Below are positions 39,401-48,626 of a DNA stretch of 64,000 nt, one piece after another. Made by a program: the position numbers and the translations under genes. The first letter of the stretch is position 1. Each line of letters begins with the position of its first letter. The notes below the pieces were generated by a model. That model was not told the origin of the DNA and searched no databases. It worked only from the letters and a program-made list of their open reading frames with translations. This DNA comes from Phoronis australis. Lineage: Eukaryota; Animalia; Phoronida. The stretch lies in assembly GCA_002633005.1 (NCBI GenBank), contig NMRA01000249.1, positions 258,073-322,072 of the forward strand, in the 5' to 3' direction.

Positions 39401-42400
39401 TTACGCTTGAAAACTGCGCATGTCAAATAAGCCCAGGTGCAAGCAAAAACACGCTGCACTCGTTTAACAAGTGGCAGTGGTCCCCCTATTATTGGCACTG
39501 AAGGAAATCCTTCAACCATCTCTTTTAATAACGTTAGCGGCTGTCCGCCAAAATCACAAGAAACTTGGCTGTTGCGTTACAGATTGCACCTAGCTTATCA
39601 CCATCATGACGTACCTGTACATGCACGTGTTTGGACACCAAGAGTGCCATCTCTAACTACAGGAATGTGTGCATTTTATCGTTGGCCAAAAAGATGAACG
39701 TTGCGCTCGTAAATTGCGTGCGCAAATTAATTCTTGTTAGTGGTGTAAATCAATTATTGAGACGTAAGTTTTAACTTAAAGTCGCAAATAATTAAAATTA
39801 TTTGCGACTTTAATTAATTTCTTTGCTGTGTCAATTAAGTTTCAACGGCGAATGTTAACTTTTTGCGGAGTAAATTAATGAATTTGTCGCGTAAATTAAC
39901 TTTTAAAGGCGTAAATTAGGTATTGAAGGCGTAAATTAATTATGTTCGGGCGTAGATTAACTTTTAAAGACGTAAATTGTATATTAATTCTTGTTAGTGG
40001 CGTAGATAACTATTAACGGCGCAAATCAATTCTCTACGACATCAATTAATTGTTTAACAGCGTAAATAAAATATTTGCGGCATAAACAAAAGTTTATATT
40101 CACACGTAATTTTAGGTACGTAACGTTCGCCCATAAGCCTGCGAAAGCATTTTGCTCGCAGCGTCATTTTCTCACAATCGTCACTAAATGAATTGCAAGT
40201 CGTCCGAGACCAGCTCCTTAAAACAATATCCATTGCTGGAGATTTTAACTGCTATATGTATTCGTTAGCAGGCAAAATATTGCGTTCTACAATGATGTAC
40301 TGTACCTGTTGAAATATTTAGCATCTGCTGATTGCGCCTTCTCTCTCGTCAGGCGTTGGCCTTGCGTTTGTGGTTTACCCTCAATCGGTACTGACGCTGC
40401 CGTTTCCGCCAATCTGGTCCATCTTATTCTTCGTCATGCTGCTGACGCTAGGCCTAGGAAGCCAGGTGACTCATGAACATACAATAACGCTATTGTTGAT
40501 CAGTGTAGTTTTTCAGCAGAATACATGTGCCCTTCTATTTACCGTAGTTGCGTGACTAAGAGTTAGAAATAACGGTGTGTTTTGCGACCTGTTCTTGACA
40601 AAAGAAATTCTGTGTGTATTTTCCACTCTTCCAGGCTAATGTTGCGTCAATACTAATCTAATTGTGGTCACAAAATGCCACTAGTCAAATGTCGTTGCAA
40701 ACTTGGTTTGTTCCGGAACAATTCGGAAGAACCTGCGCTAAGTAATACCATTTTTTGCACTTAGATTTTAGCCTAAAATGCATGCTTTTCCCAATTTGCT
40801 CAATACCACCGCGTAAATACGTCGCACACAGTGTGAACTACATGTACATGTAACTGTAACCAAAATGGGAGCAACGTTCACCTACTGTATTCCCAGTATT
40901 GTGCAGACGCCCTATAAACGGTGCAGTCTATATGATATTTTTCAGATAGGATGGTTTAGTTGACAACGAATGGGTTTGGCCGACGATTTTAGTTGTGCTG
41001 CTATTAATGTTGGTCATTGATCATAAGATTTTATTTGGTGGCGTACAAGAAAAAAGGAGCAGTATAACAACGCATAATGATTTCCAATTATATTTTTTGT
41101 ATGACGCAGTTTGCTTTGACCGAGACTGTGGTTACGTCGTTGAATGATCGATTCCCAAAGCTGCGTGCAAAGCAGAGTTTAGTCATCGTCATCGTCAGTA
41201 TAACCTTTTTTCTGGTTGGTTTGACGATGTGCACTGACGTAAGTATCTTGGATTTGGTTGTCTGTCATTGACGTTTTTACGGTTATCAAGAAACGTCCTA
41301 TAATCATGGGACTTGAGGATAGCAATTACATGCATCTAAACATAACTTTGATAAATGAACATTTAATTTAAATTGGAAAAACTAGAAAATTTTGGAACCA
41401 TGGAAATACCCACTTATTACGATTGAAGATGATGCCTTCGGCGGATTCTAGCGTTTGTTTGAGTACACGGTGTAGTGACTGGCTCGAAATTCAACGTGAT
41501 AACAAAGGAAATATAAGCACGAGATGCGAACACACTTTGCATCAAGTCATGAGTCTTCGATGGCACGCTTCGGCCATCACCTAGTCAAGTGGTTTGAAAC
41601 AACCGGAACGAGAATATTAGAGGACTGAGGAAGCTAGAATCGACTTAAACCAAAGTTGTTTTCATCCGTGCTTTGTATTGTATTAATAGAATAATAGTAA
41701 AGGTGTTCTTGTGCAAAATTGATGTCATTACCCGAAATTTGTAATTATTCCCAATATAATTTCTTTTTGCAGGGAGGTGTCTACGTTCTAACGTTGTTCG
41801 ACAACTACACCGGAAGTTGGGGCGTATTATTCATAGGAATTTTTGAAACCCTGGCGATAGCTTGGGTTTACGGTTAGTATAATGGTTATATTGCGTGCGC
41901 CGTGTTATCAACGTTTTGCCAAATAGATTTTTAAATTGTATATACTCGGGTAACTATCTGTAACCACACACCACATTCCGTGTTGGCTAAACTGAAGATT
42001 CTCTGGGTGTACGGCGTTTGCACGTCCTTGACATTATACAAGTACATATTGCACCACGATTGGACATTTAATTGTGTATTCAATCTTCAAAATTCCATGT
42101 ATGCCGTAAAATCATTATCCTGATAGCGTTATTTTGGTCGTGTCTCTAGGGGGCACCCTTTCTAACACCTCGTATGCATGATCAGTTTCATAACTTTGGA
42201 AGACTGGGACTGGTTTACTTCAAGAAGATAGTCCAATTCTAGAAAGGATGTCCTGAAATGTGTGTTAAATATACGCAAAGAAATGCAGACCAAACGGCAT
42301 GACACCCTCCCTGGTCGACATTGGGCAATTTGACCGGTTCACCTGCCTGGAAATTTGCCACAATCTTCTAAGACACGATGCAGTTGTAGGGAATTACATC

Positions 42401-43863
42401 GCACTTTGACGCCACGGGCTGCTGATAATCCCGTTCTCTAGAACCATCATAAACACACTGTGGGAGACAAGGGTACTTTTTAAAAATTCCTTTTGGAAGT
42501 TTTAAGTAGCATTTCGAATAACTCCTACAATAAACGTGGTTTTTGAATGTTGAAAATAGGGCAGGACATGCGAGTTTTACAACTTAAACTTCTGAGCATT
42601 ATTGCCAGTATTCTGATTCTCATTTATAATGCAGTCTGTGCAACATACACTGTAGTTGGATTACTCATTGCTAGTTGCAGTTGGGAATTGAGGAAAGCCA
42701 AGTTTCATCGTGCAATTCTTGACATGCTTGCATAGGTGTCACCTAGATCATGGCGGGTGTACAGGAGACATACCCCTACATACCAAGCGTTGATTTCATT
42801 GTCAGGGAGACCAGTTGCCGATTCTACGCTCTAAAACTGATTACATCCGTACAGCCGTATCTCATTTTTACCCGTCAGTATTTAGCACCTCCCAAGTTTA
42901 CTATAACAGGTTTAGTGTCACTGCTTGTTCACATCCACATGTTTTCCTGCTCTTAAGTGTCCAGAGCTCCCAGCGAGGCAACCTATTATAATAAGGAAGG
43001 CCCCGCTCTGCCACCGCCTTCCGGTGAGGCCTGCTTTAATGATACAGAGGGTCCCACTATCTGACCGCCTTTCGGCAGAGGGTCTACATTCATATGGAGG
43101 GCCCCACTTTGAAGCCCAAAAATTCAATTTCTTGGTTATGTCATTTTAATACGAATAAGTCATTTTAAATAGTAAGCTGTTTATGACCACTGTGAGCAAA
43201 GTAGTTTTATCAGTTTTATTTATAATCCACTTCTCAGGGTGAAAATTTTGGTATACACTACTTAATTAATACTTATTAAGAAGGTTTGTTCTAATTTTTG
43301 TCCTTGTATGCATTTATGCGTTGCTGCTGCTGCTGCTACTAGGGCCTACTACTACTACTACTACCACTACTACTACTACTACTACTACTGCTACTACTAC
43401 TGCTACTGCTACTGCTGCAGCTGCTGCTTCTACTACTACTGCTACTGCTACTGCTACTGCTACTGCTACTGCTACTGCTACTGCTACTGCTACTGCTTCT
43501 GCTACTGTTATTGCTACTACAGACAGTAAGATCACCGCGAAAAAACACAGGTGGAAACAGAAAAAGGCCATTCTCGCCTACACACCAGAGAAAGAGGCCC
43601 TGAGAGTAAAACAGGCTTAGGGAAAGAAGGAGAAACCTGCGAGAAAGCTTGCTGTGGNNNNNNNNNNNNNNNNNNNNNNNNNNNNNNNNNNNNNNNNNNN
43701 NNNNNNNNNNNNNNNNNNNNNNNNNNNNNNNNNNNNNNNNNNNNNNNNNNNNNNNNNNNNNNNNNNNNNNNNNNNNNNNNNNNNNNNNNNNNNNNNNNNN
43801 NNNNNNNNNNNNNNNNNNNNNNNNNNNNNNNNNNNNNNNNNNNNNNNNNNGCTGCTGCTTCTT

Positions 43864-43897
<34 letters not shown>

Positions 43898-43995
43898 TGC
43901 TGCAGCTGCTGCTTCTACTACTACTACTACTACCACTACTGCTACTACTAAAACTACTACTGCCACTGCTACTGCTACTGTTACTACTACTACTG

Positions 43996-44037
<42 letters not shown>

Positions 44038-47000
44038 CTGCTACCACTACCACTACCACCACTACCACTACCTCTACCAAGTCTACTACCACTACTACCG
44101 ATTATAATACCTCAAATTATAATGATAATAATAGTAACAATAATAGTAATAGTAATAGTCATAGTAATTATGGTAGCAAATGCTACAACAACTAGTACTG
44201 TTACTGTCTTCACAAACACCATTACAACAATGGAATGCTTATTATCATTTGTAATATCAATATCTTTGGTGATCATAATTATCACATCTAAACCCTTTGC
44301 ATGAACAGTTAGTGACCATGTAAAATATAATTACATTTTGCTATCTAGTAAATTAACAGTTTTCATTTTTTTTTCTCAGGATTCCGACGATTTTTCAAAG
44401 ACATTGAGATCATGTCAGGCTCAAGACCTTCTGTTTGGTGGGCCATATGTTGGGGTGCCCTGTCTCCTGCAATACTGACGGTGAGTTGATCATGGTGTCT
44501 TTCAATCAATGGCTGGATCCGCAGGATCAAGTGCTTTAGGCATTTGAGTGATCTTTAACCGAAGTAGTTGTTATTGGGAGATTGGATGTCTGGATGAAGT
44601 GCCGGAACTAAACACGTCAGTCATGTGTAGTCGATGTATGCCTTTAGAAGTCATTCACCTGACTGCTTACAAAAATTTCGATGCATTGGTAATGTGCAGA
44701 ATATGGGATTGTTAAACAGTTGCCTAAAGGTATCATTACTCACGAAATCATTGAAATGAATAAAAAGACCGGAATGAAAGATATTCCATTGGGCGGCGGA
44801 GCACTATAAAAAAATCAGTGGGGGGGGGCTATAGCACCTCCAGTTCCTATGGTGCACCGCCCATGTATTGATGCATACATTCAAAACCAGATTTGCGTGT
44901 GCACTTTTCCTCGGCAGTCTAATAACGTAAATTGGTATTGTAGGAGACAACTGTTGTTGTGTTTTTACCCAGTCGTAATGTGTTCGGGATAGCCTGCGGG
45001 TGACTGCTAGGTCACGTGCAAAATAACTCTTGACAACATTTTAGGTGACACTGTATCAAGCAAAAGTCTTTGGCCATTGTCGGCCATTACCATTTCTGAG
45101 ACCCATTGTAAGATGTTCCAAGAGTTGGCTCTGTTACTAAGGGCTTACAAATTCGTAATACATGTATACATGGGTCATAACTTTTAATGATCTAACGACA
45201 CAGAAAACGACTTTCGTTTGTGATGGGTACTATGAGAAGAATCGGTGCGTCATCTAATTTCCACTTATTTTTCCGTGTTTACCGTTTGTGTAAAATTGAT
45301 GGGAATAGAAATCTGGTTGTTAGTCTTTTTATTAAAAGAGAAACATTGTTCAGCTATAGCATTGCCCTCATTGTATCGCAAAATATTTTCGGTAGTTCGA
45401 GACACGTAGCCATTCTCAGTTCGACCAAAGAATTAATCATGTTTGCCAAGTCAATCGATTTTGTAATGAGTTTAACCAAATTCGAATATACGTACCTAAA
45501 ATTGACGACATTGTAAAGACCATTATCTTCTATCAAATGTAAAACTTGTTGCGTAGACATTAATATACATTAAAGAGTTCCCACCATGACCGTGCTTCTC
45601 GACAAGAATGTTATTAATACATCTTAAGAGATTTAATAGCGTGATGAATTACAGACTGACCTAATACCATGTGAGAGATCGCCTTCGAGTGAGGCTTTAT
45701 AATGATTTTATGGAGTTGTTGATTTCACGTGTCTTCACGGTCGGTGAAGTGCAGTTGCAGGTGAAGTTTACGGGCGTTTTGGGACTCACATAACCTGAAT
45801 TTTGAACGACTGGAGCGGAAAAACAAATTTCGCATGCTGTCGGCTTACACGCGCGCTTCATCTTGCATTGCGCCAAATTGTCTTACACATCCTGAGTATG
45901 ACAGATGATATATAATTTGAAATGATTCCATAGACACCTGACTCATTCTGCGCACAGAGTGTGCCGGATAACAAACACTAGGGCTTTACATTATGGGAAA
46001 TAATTGGCTTGTTAGTGTCAACTTTTGCAAAAGCAGCACTTCTTAAATAAGAAATCAACCAATTGATTTGAAACCCTTGCATGTTTTGGTGCATGCGTAG
46101 CTAGTATTGTAAAAGAACATTATTCTTTGCGAATTATCGATGCCGGTGTTTGAACTGTCCTTTCAATGGACGCGTGGTACTGTATTGTTTAAGGTAGAGG
46201 GCATGCGTGTTTTATTTTTGTTATAGTTTGTGCTGATCTTCGGATGGGTCGACTTCTCACCTCTTAAGTACAGTGGTGAGTTGATGCCGTCCTGGACCAA
46301 CGTGGTTGGCATTTTCCTAGTGGCACTGGTAGCAGCTGGTACGCCCATTACGGCAGTGTACAAAGTTCTCAGGTCTCCACAAGGTGACACATTTATTGAG
46401 GTAATAATGCTTCCGGATGATCATCGTGACAGTGAATACAATGTGGAATAATTCTCGATGTCAGAGAAGGAATTGCATGAAAAATTATTGTAACCGGACC
46501 CGTCTGATTAATCTACAATCCCATGGTTTTTGTAGAGTTACGTGTAGCGTAATAGTATATGTACTTTTAATGGAAATAGATGCTGGAATAACTACAAAAA
46601 AATCCGGAACACTTAAAAGAATAGTCAGTTCTTACATTTTGGCCCCTCATCCGTTTTACGTTTTCTTCGTGGTTACAGTGGAGCCCTTGCTGTGTATAGC
46701 GAAATTCACTTTATGCACTATTTAGGCATAGTGCATCTATAAATGTTTCAAATTGATAAACACATTAGAAACATTGTTTCGTTATTCATAGTACATGCTC
46801 TAATAATAAACAATGTGCCACCAACCTTTTTCAGAAACTGCGCTACGTGTCAAAGCCCAAGTGGAACTGGGGACCTGCTTTAGAGAAACATCGCCTCTTG
46901 GTGACCTACGTCCCTGGGTTCATCACTAACATCAGTGACCCAGACCTTGTCAACAAGAACTCGGATAACGCTTACGATCTGCAGAAGTCGCATAAGGAAG

Positions 47001-47299
47001 TAAGCAGCCTGAGTGACTATTTCATTTTTAATCTGGCACACTGAAGTACTTTTTATTCTGACCAACTGCCTCGTTATCAGGTGGCCACGCTTGTATCGCT
47101 TTCAGGGATATCTTATCTAAGCGTTTTTCTGTTACGTGTACTAAGTACTGCTGAGTTCCTGTCTGATCGCATCATTCCACTGTTCCATGCTTTAATATGA
47201 GTTCGTTTTGAAGCCACCATTTTATTTCAGAGTGTGGCAAGTGACGCAGTGCCAAAGACCACTGTGTGTACAAACCAGGCCTTCGAAGCAAAGGAATGA
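12096..47299 (+). CDS. SLC6 sodium- and chloride-dependent amino-acid transporter (GlyT/PROT/ATB0,+ subfamily), multi-exon gene, about 782 aa
   Basis: Seventeen exons join in phase with GT-AG introns: 12096-12407, 22264-22308, 24243-24429, 25481-25612, 30376-30519, 31657-31831, 34694-34832, 35687-35821, 36549-36652, 37451-37575, 40353-40465, 41110-41238, 41773-41872, 44380-44480, 46227-46400, 46835-46999, 47231-47299 (2349 nt including stop). Signature motifs are [70 protein letters not shown] and WGPALEKHR. Confidence 0.95.
13850..14050 (+). pseudogene. THAP (C2CH) zinc-finger remnant
   Basis: [22 protein letters not shown] / frameshift / [42 protein letters not shown] gives the C..C, FP, W and LCSxHF THAP signature with one frameshift and one stop. 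Confidence 0.8.
14102..14352 (-). pseudogene. Acidic N-terminal remnant of a KolX / P2X7-ballast-like ORF
   Basis: [30 protein letters not shown]...LRPYELDPP...DPE*RADVSE followed by a GTAAAT donor-like site. This resembles the acidic + PYxFEP + RxxxxxW|CxC start of P2X7-like Cys-rich transposon proteins. The Cys-rich part itself is absent. Confidence 0.45.
15585..15945 (-). mobile_element. Decayed LINE reverse-transcriptase fragment
   Basis: [14 protein letters not shown] (compare PGPDGI), [21 protein letters not shown] (compare NYRPISLLxxxSKILE) and QQAFDT (compare KAFDT), with internal deletions. Confidence 0.45.
16330..16680 (+). mobile_element. Decayed RTE-like LINE 3' fragment
   Basis: [22 protein letters not shown] (compare YGxExWTLT...LDGxYTRxLR) is followed in the same frame by LSLSGHCTR (compare LxxAGHCxR). 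Confidence 0.4.
16960..17069 (-). mobile_element. MITE family B, partial copy (CAGGGGCGG/TATCC-type terminus)
   Basis: The reverse complement matches the 38402 copy (CAGAGTATTTGGCAGGATTTTTCCCGTCAGACATTCGCCCC versus CAGAGCATTTGCCAGGATTTTTCCCATCACAGATTCGCACCC). The left boundary is approximate. Confidence 0.65.
17889..18134 (-). mobile_element. MITE family A, copy 2 (inverted)
   Basis: GCATGCGAACACCCGG...AGCTCTGAACGTACCC...CCCATTTTAGGCTGGGTGCGCTCGTG is the reverse complement of blocks in the 8291 copy. Confidence 0.7.
18830..19345 (-). mobile_element. Possible highly decayed L2/Rex-like LINE tail
   Basis: RDLGVV and [20 protein letters not shown] fragments resemble LINE RT-thumb motifs, but they are very eroded. 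Confidence 0.3.
22264..22308 (+). CDS. SLC6 exon 2 (45 nt, [15 protein letters not shown])
   Basis: TTCCAG acceptor and GTG|GTGAGT donor, phase 0/0. It joins the next exon to give GVVNEAF. Confidence 0.7.
24243..24429 (+). CDS. SLC6 exon (TM1)
   Basis: CTAAC branch site plus CAG acceptor; NEAFEGD...[37 protein letters not shown]; G|GTAATT donor. Confidence 0.95.
25481..25612 (+). CDS. SLC6 exon (TM2)
   Basis: [44 protein letters not shown]; TTTCAG acceptor and GTAAAT donor. Confidence 0.95.
26500..29725 (+). mobile_element. Decayed Academ-type DNA transposon ORF (large transposase with XPG/FEN1-like nuclease domain) in an SLC6 intron
   Basis: Fragments in order: [78 protein letters not shown] (H3TH-like HAFTGxD..F..xGK) and [24 protein letters not shown]. 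Many stops and frameshifts; the 3' end is truncated. Upstream GGCCATCTTGGATTTTCAAAAATGGCG motifs (about 26200-26370) are probably subterminal sequence. Confidence 0.75.
30376..30519 (+). CDS. SLC6 exon (TM3, start of EL2)
   Basis: [48 protein letters not shown]; TAG acceptor and GTAAGT donor. Confidence 0.95.
31657..31831 (+). CDS. SLC6 exon (extracellular loop 2)
   Basis: [58 protein letters not shown]; phases 1 and 2 fit both neighbours; AAG acceptor and GTATGG donor. Confidence 0.9.
31950..34300. mobile_element. Putative non-autonomous DNA element with subterminal GTGACGGACGT motif clusters
   Basis: The motif occurs as doublets at about 31972-32012, 32156-32180 and 33913-33938, plus variants at about 34075-34112. 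The interior is very AT-rich and non-coding. Ends are not resolved. Confidence 0.45.
34694..34832 (+). CDS. SLC6 exon (TM4)
   Basis: [46 protein letters not shown]; CAG acceptor and GTATTT donor. Confidence 0.95.
35687..35821 (+). CDS. SLC6 exon (TM5)
   Basis: [45 protein letters not shown]; TTGCAG acceptor and GTGAGT donor. Confidence 0.95.
36549..36652 (+). CDS. SLC6 exon (TM6)
   Basis: [34 protein letters not shown]; TTCAG acceptor and GTAAGT donor. Confidence 0.95.
37451..37575 (+). CDS. SLC6 exon (TM7)
   Basis: [42 protein letters not shown]; TTTCAG acceptor and GTACGT donor. Confidence 0.95.
38402..38565 (+). mobile_element. MITE family B copy
   Basis: Termini CAGCGGCGGATCCAGG and CCTAAATGCGCCACTG form an imperfect TIR; the interior is shared with 16960-17069. 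Confidence 0.7.
39198..39279 (+). tRNA. trnS-GCT: tRNA-Ser (anticodon GCT), intronic
   Basis: GACGAGGTGGCCGAGTGGTTAAGGCGATGGACTGCTAATTCATTGGGGTCTCCCCGCGTGGGTTCGAATCCCATCCTCGTCG: perfect acceptor stem, A and B boxes, long variable arm GGGG-TCT-CCCC, G discriminator and an oligo-T Pol III terminator just downstream. Confidence 0.97.
39700..40115. repeat. Degenerate 20-21 bp periodic array of GCGTAAATTAA-like motifs containing an 18-bp perfect palindrome
   Basis: Repeated gcgtaaattaac / gcgtaaattagg / gcgtaaattaat / gcgtagattaac units; TTAAAGTCGCAAATAATT-AA-AATTATTTGCGACTTTAA at 39776-39813. Confidence 0.75.
40353..40465 (+). CDS. SLC6 exon (EL4-TM8)
   Basis: [38 protein letters not shown]; GTCAG acceptor and GTGACT donor. 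Confidence 0.95.
41110..41238 (+). CDS. SLC6 exon (TM8-TM9)
   Basis: [43 protein letters not shown]; CAG acceptor and GTAAGT donor. Confidence 0.95.
41773..41872 (+). CDS. SLC6 exon (TM10)
   Basis: [33 protein letters not shown]; TTGCAG acceptor and GTTAGT donor. Confidence 0.95.
43321..44170. repeat. Compound (CTA/CTG/CCA)n and (TAA/TAG)n microsatellite spanning an assembly gap
   Basis: Trinucleotide and hexanucleotide tracts at 43321-43520 and 43851-44170; N run at 43658-43850. Confidence 0.95.
44380..44480 (+). CDS. SLC6 exon (TM11)
   Basis: [34 protein letters not shown]; TTCTCAG acceptor and GTGAGT donor. Confidence 0.95.
46227..46400 (+). CDS. SLC6 exon (TM11-TM12)
   Basis: [58 protein letters not shown]; TATAG acceptor and GTAATA donor. 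Confidence 0.93.
46835..46999 (+). CDS. SLC6 exon (C-terminal tail)
   Basis: [29 protein letters not shown]...QKSHKE; the WGPxxxxHR motif is typical of this subfamily; TTTCAG acceptor and GTAAGC donor. Confidence 0.9.
47231..47299 (+). CDS. SLC6 terminal coding exon
   Basis: TTTATTTCAG acceptor, phase 0, [22 protein letters not shown] followed by TGA. Confidence 0.75.
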   Translation, partial: SVASDAVPKTTVCTNQAFEAKE

Positions 47300-47429
47300 A
47301 CCTTGAGACCTATTGAAGTTGACATTTTAGATTTTATGATCGTGTGTATAGGGCGCCGTAATGTTTCACTAGTGTGAATTTGAATTTTATAAAATTGCAA
47401 GTGATATGAACTTATTTGTAAATGTTAGA

Positions 47430-47640
47430 CATGCGCACACTCAGCATAAAAGATGGGGGGTCGAATTTTTGAGAATGTGGAACTTTCACTAGGATTCAGG
47501 GGGTACCTTAAGATCTATGAATTTTGCATCTCCAAATCTTGGTAGCCGTTCCAGACCTGTCTTTCGGGGTTTAGTTTCTCTAACCTTTTTTGCCAATTCC
47601 GCTAAATGGGGGGCTGCGTCCGTGCATGGGCGTGTCCAGC
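47430..47640 (+). mobile_element. MITE family A, copy 3 (partial)
   Basis: CATGCGCACACTCAGC-ATAAAAGATGGGGGG...GAGAATGTGGAAC...GGGTAC matches the 8291 copy. Confidence 0.65.
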
Positions 47641-48158
47641 TTCATTGTTTGTTGAGACACTGAAGATCTCTGAGTTGCAGATGTTTTTGACTGATATACA
47701 GGTTATGTATTTCATGAAAGATCAAAGTCGTTTTCGTCAAAAACTAGTGCCCCAATAATTGGAGGGAGGAAAGACGCTTTAGCATAAACGCACTCGTAAC
47801 ATCTTTTCANGGGGTCGAATTTTTGAGAATGTGGAACTTTCACTAGGATTCAGGGGGTACCTTAAGATCTATGAATTTTGCATCTCCAAATCTTGGTAGC
47901 CGTTCCTGTCTTTCGGGGTTTAGTTTCTCTAACCTTTTTTGCCAATTCCGCTAAATGGGGGGCTGCGTCCGTGCATGGGCGTGTCCAGCTTCATTGTTTG
48001 TTGAGACACTGAAGATCTCTGAGTTGCAGATGTTTTTGACTGATATACAGGTTATGTGTTTCATGAAAGATCAAAGTCGTTTTCGTCAAAAACTAGTGCC
48101 CCAATAATTGGAGGGAGGAAAGACGCTTTAGCATAAACGCACTCGTAACATCTTTTCA
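47457..48158. repeat. About 350-bp direct duplication split by a single N (probable assembly junction)
   Basis: 47457-47809 and 47811-48158 are identical except for a 5-bp indel and a substitution; N at 47810. Confidence 0.9.
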
Positions 48159-48483
48159 TACGGCATTCTAGTAGATCGCAAAATAAATACTACTGCAGTC
48201 ACGAGCTTACTGCGATGTCTAACAAATATTACATGTACATGTACATGTAAATGTACGTGTCCTTCTCAACACACCAAGGAAGATAATTACCGGTCGCTCC
48301 AACAATTGAAGGATACAAGTTGAATGTAAACTACAACTTCAATGTTTCAGTTGCGGTTTAAAACATTTGCTGATTGCATTTGCAACCAAGTTTTGACGAC
48401 ATTTATTTCAAATGAGAGCGACTCAAACCGTTTTGCACAATTAATTTTAGGGCGATGATAAAAGGCGCCTTAAAATGTATTAA

Positions 48484-48626
48484 TGCCGTAAAATGCAACA
48501 AGACGTTATGTGTTTGAACCGTTTCCATCCGTGTGACAAATACCATGCAAACTCATGAAATATGACGTTGGTTTCGTAAAATGTAACAGTTGTTACATTT
48601 TACGAAATTGTTATATTTTACGGCGT
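48484..48626. repeat. Small fold-back element built from CGTAAAATGTAAC-like motifs
   Basis: Perfect 17-bp inverted repeat TTTCGTAAAATGTAACA-GT-TGTTACATTTTACGAAA (48572-48607) inside an outer pair GCCGTAAAATGCAACAA / TTGTTATATTTTACGGC. Confidence 0.7.

Noticed and set aside
43308-44304. Long poly-Thr/Ala, poly-Leu, poly-Val and Tyr/Cys ORFs (mucin- or antifreeze-like)
   Set aside because: These are translations of an intronic trinucleotide microsatellite and an N gap; the flanking SLC6 exons join in phase without them.
47457-48158. Recent 350-bp tandem duplication in the SLC6 3' region
   Set aside because: The copies abut a single N and differ by one indel and one substitution, so they are most likely two haplotypes or overlapping contig ends. 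Long reads would settle it.
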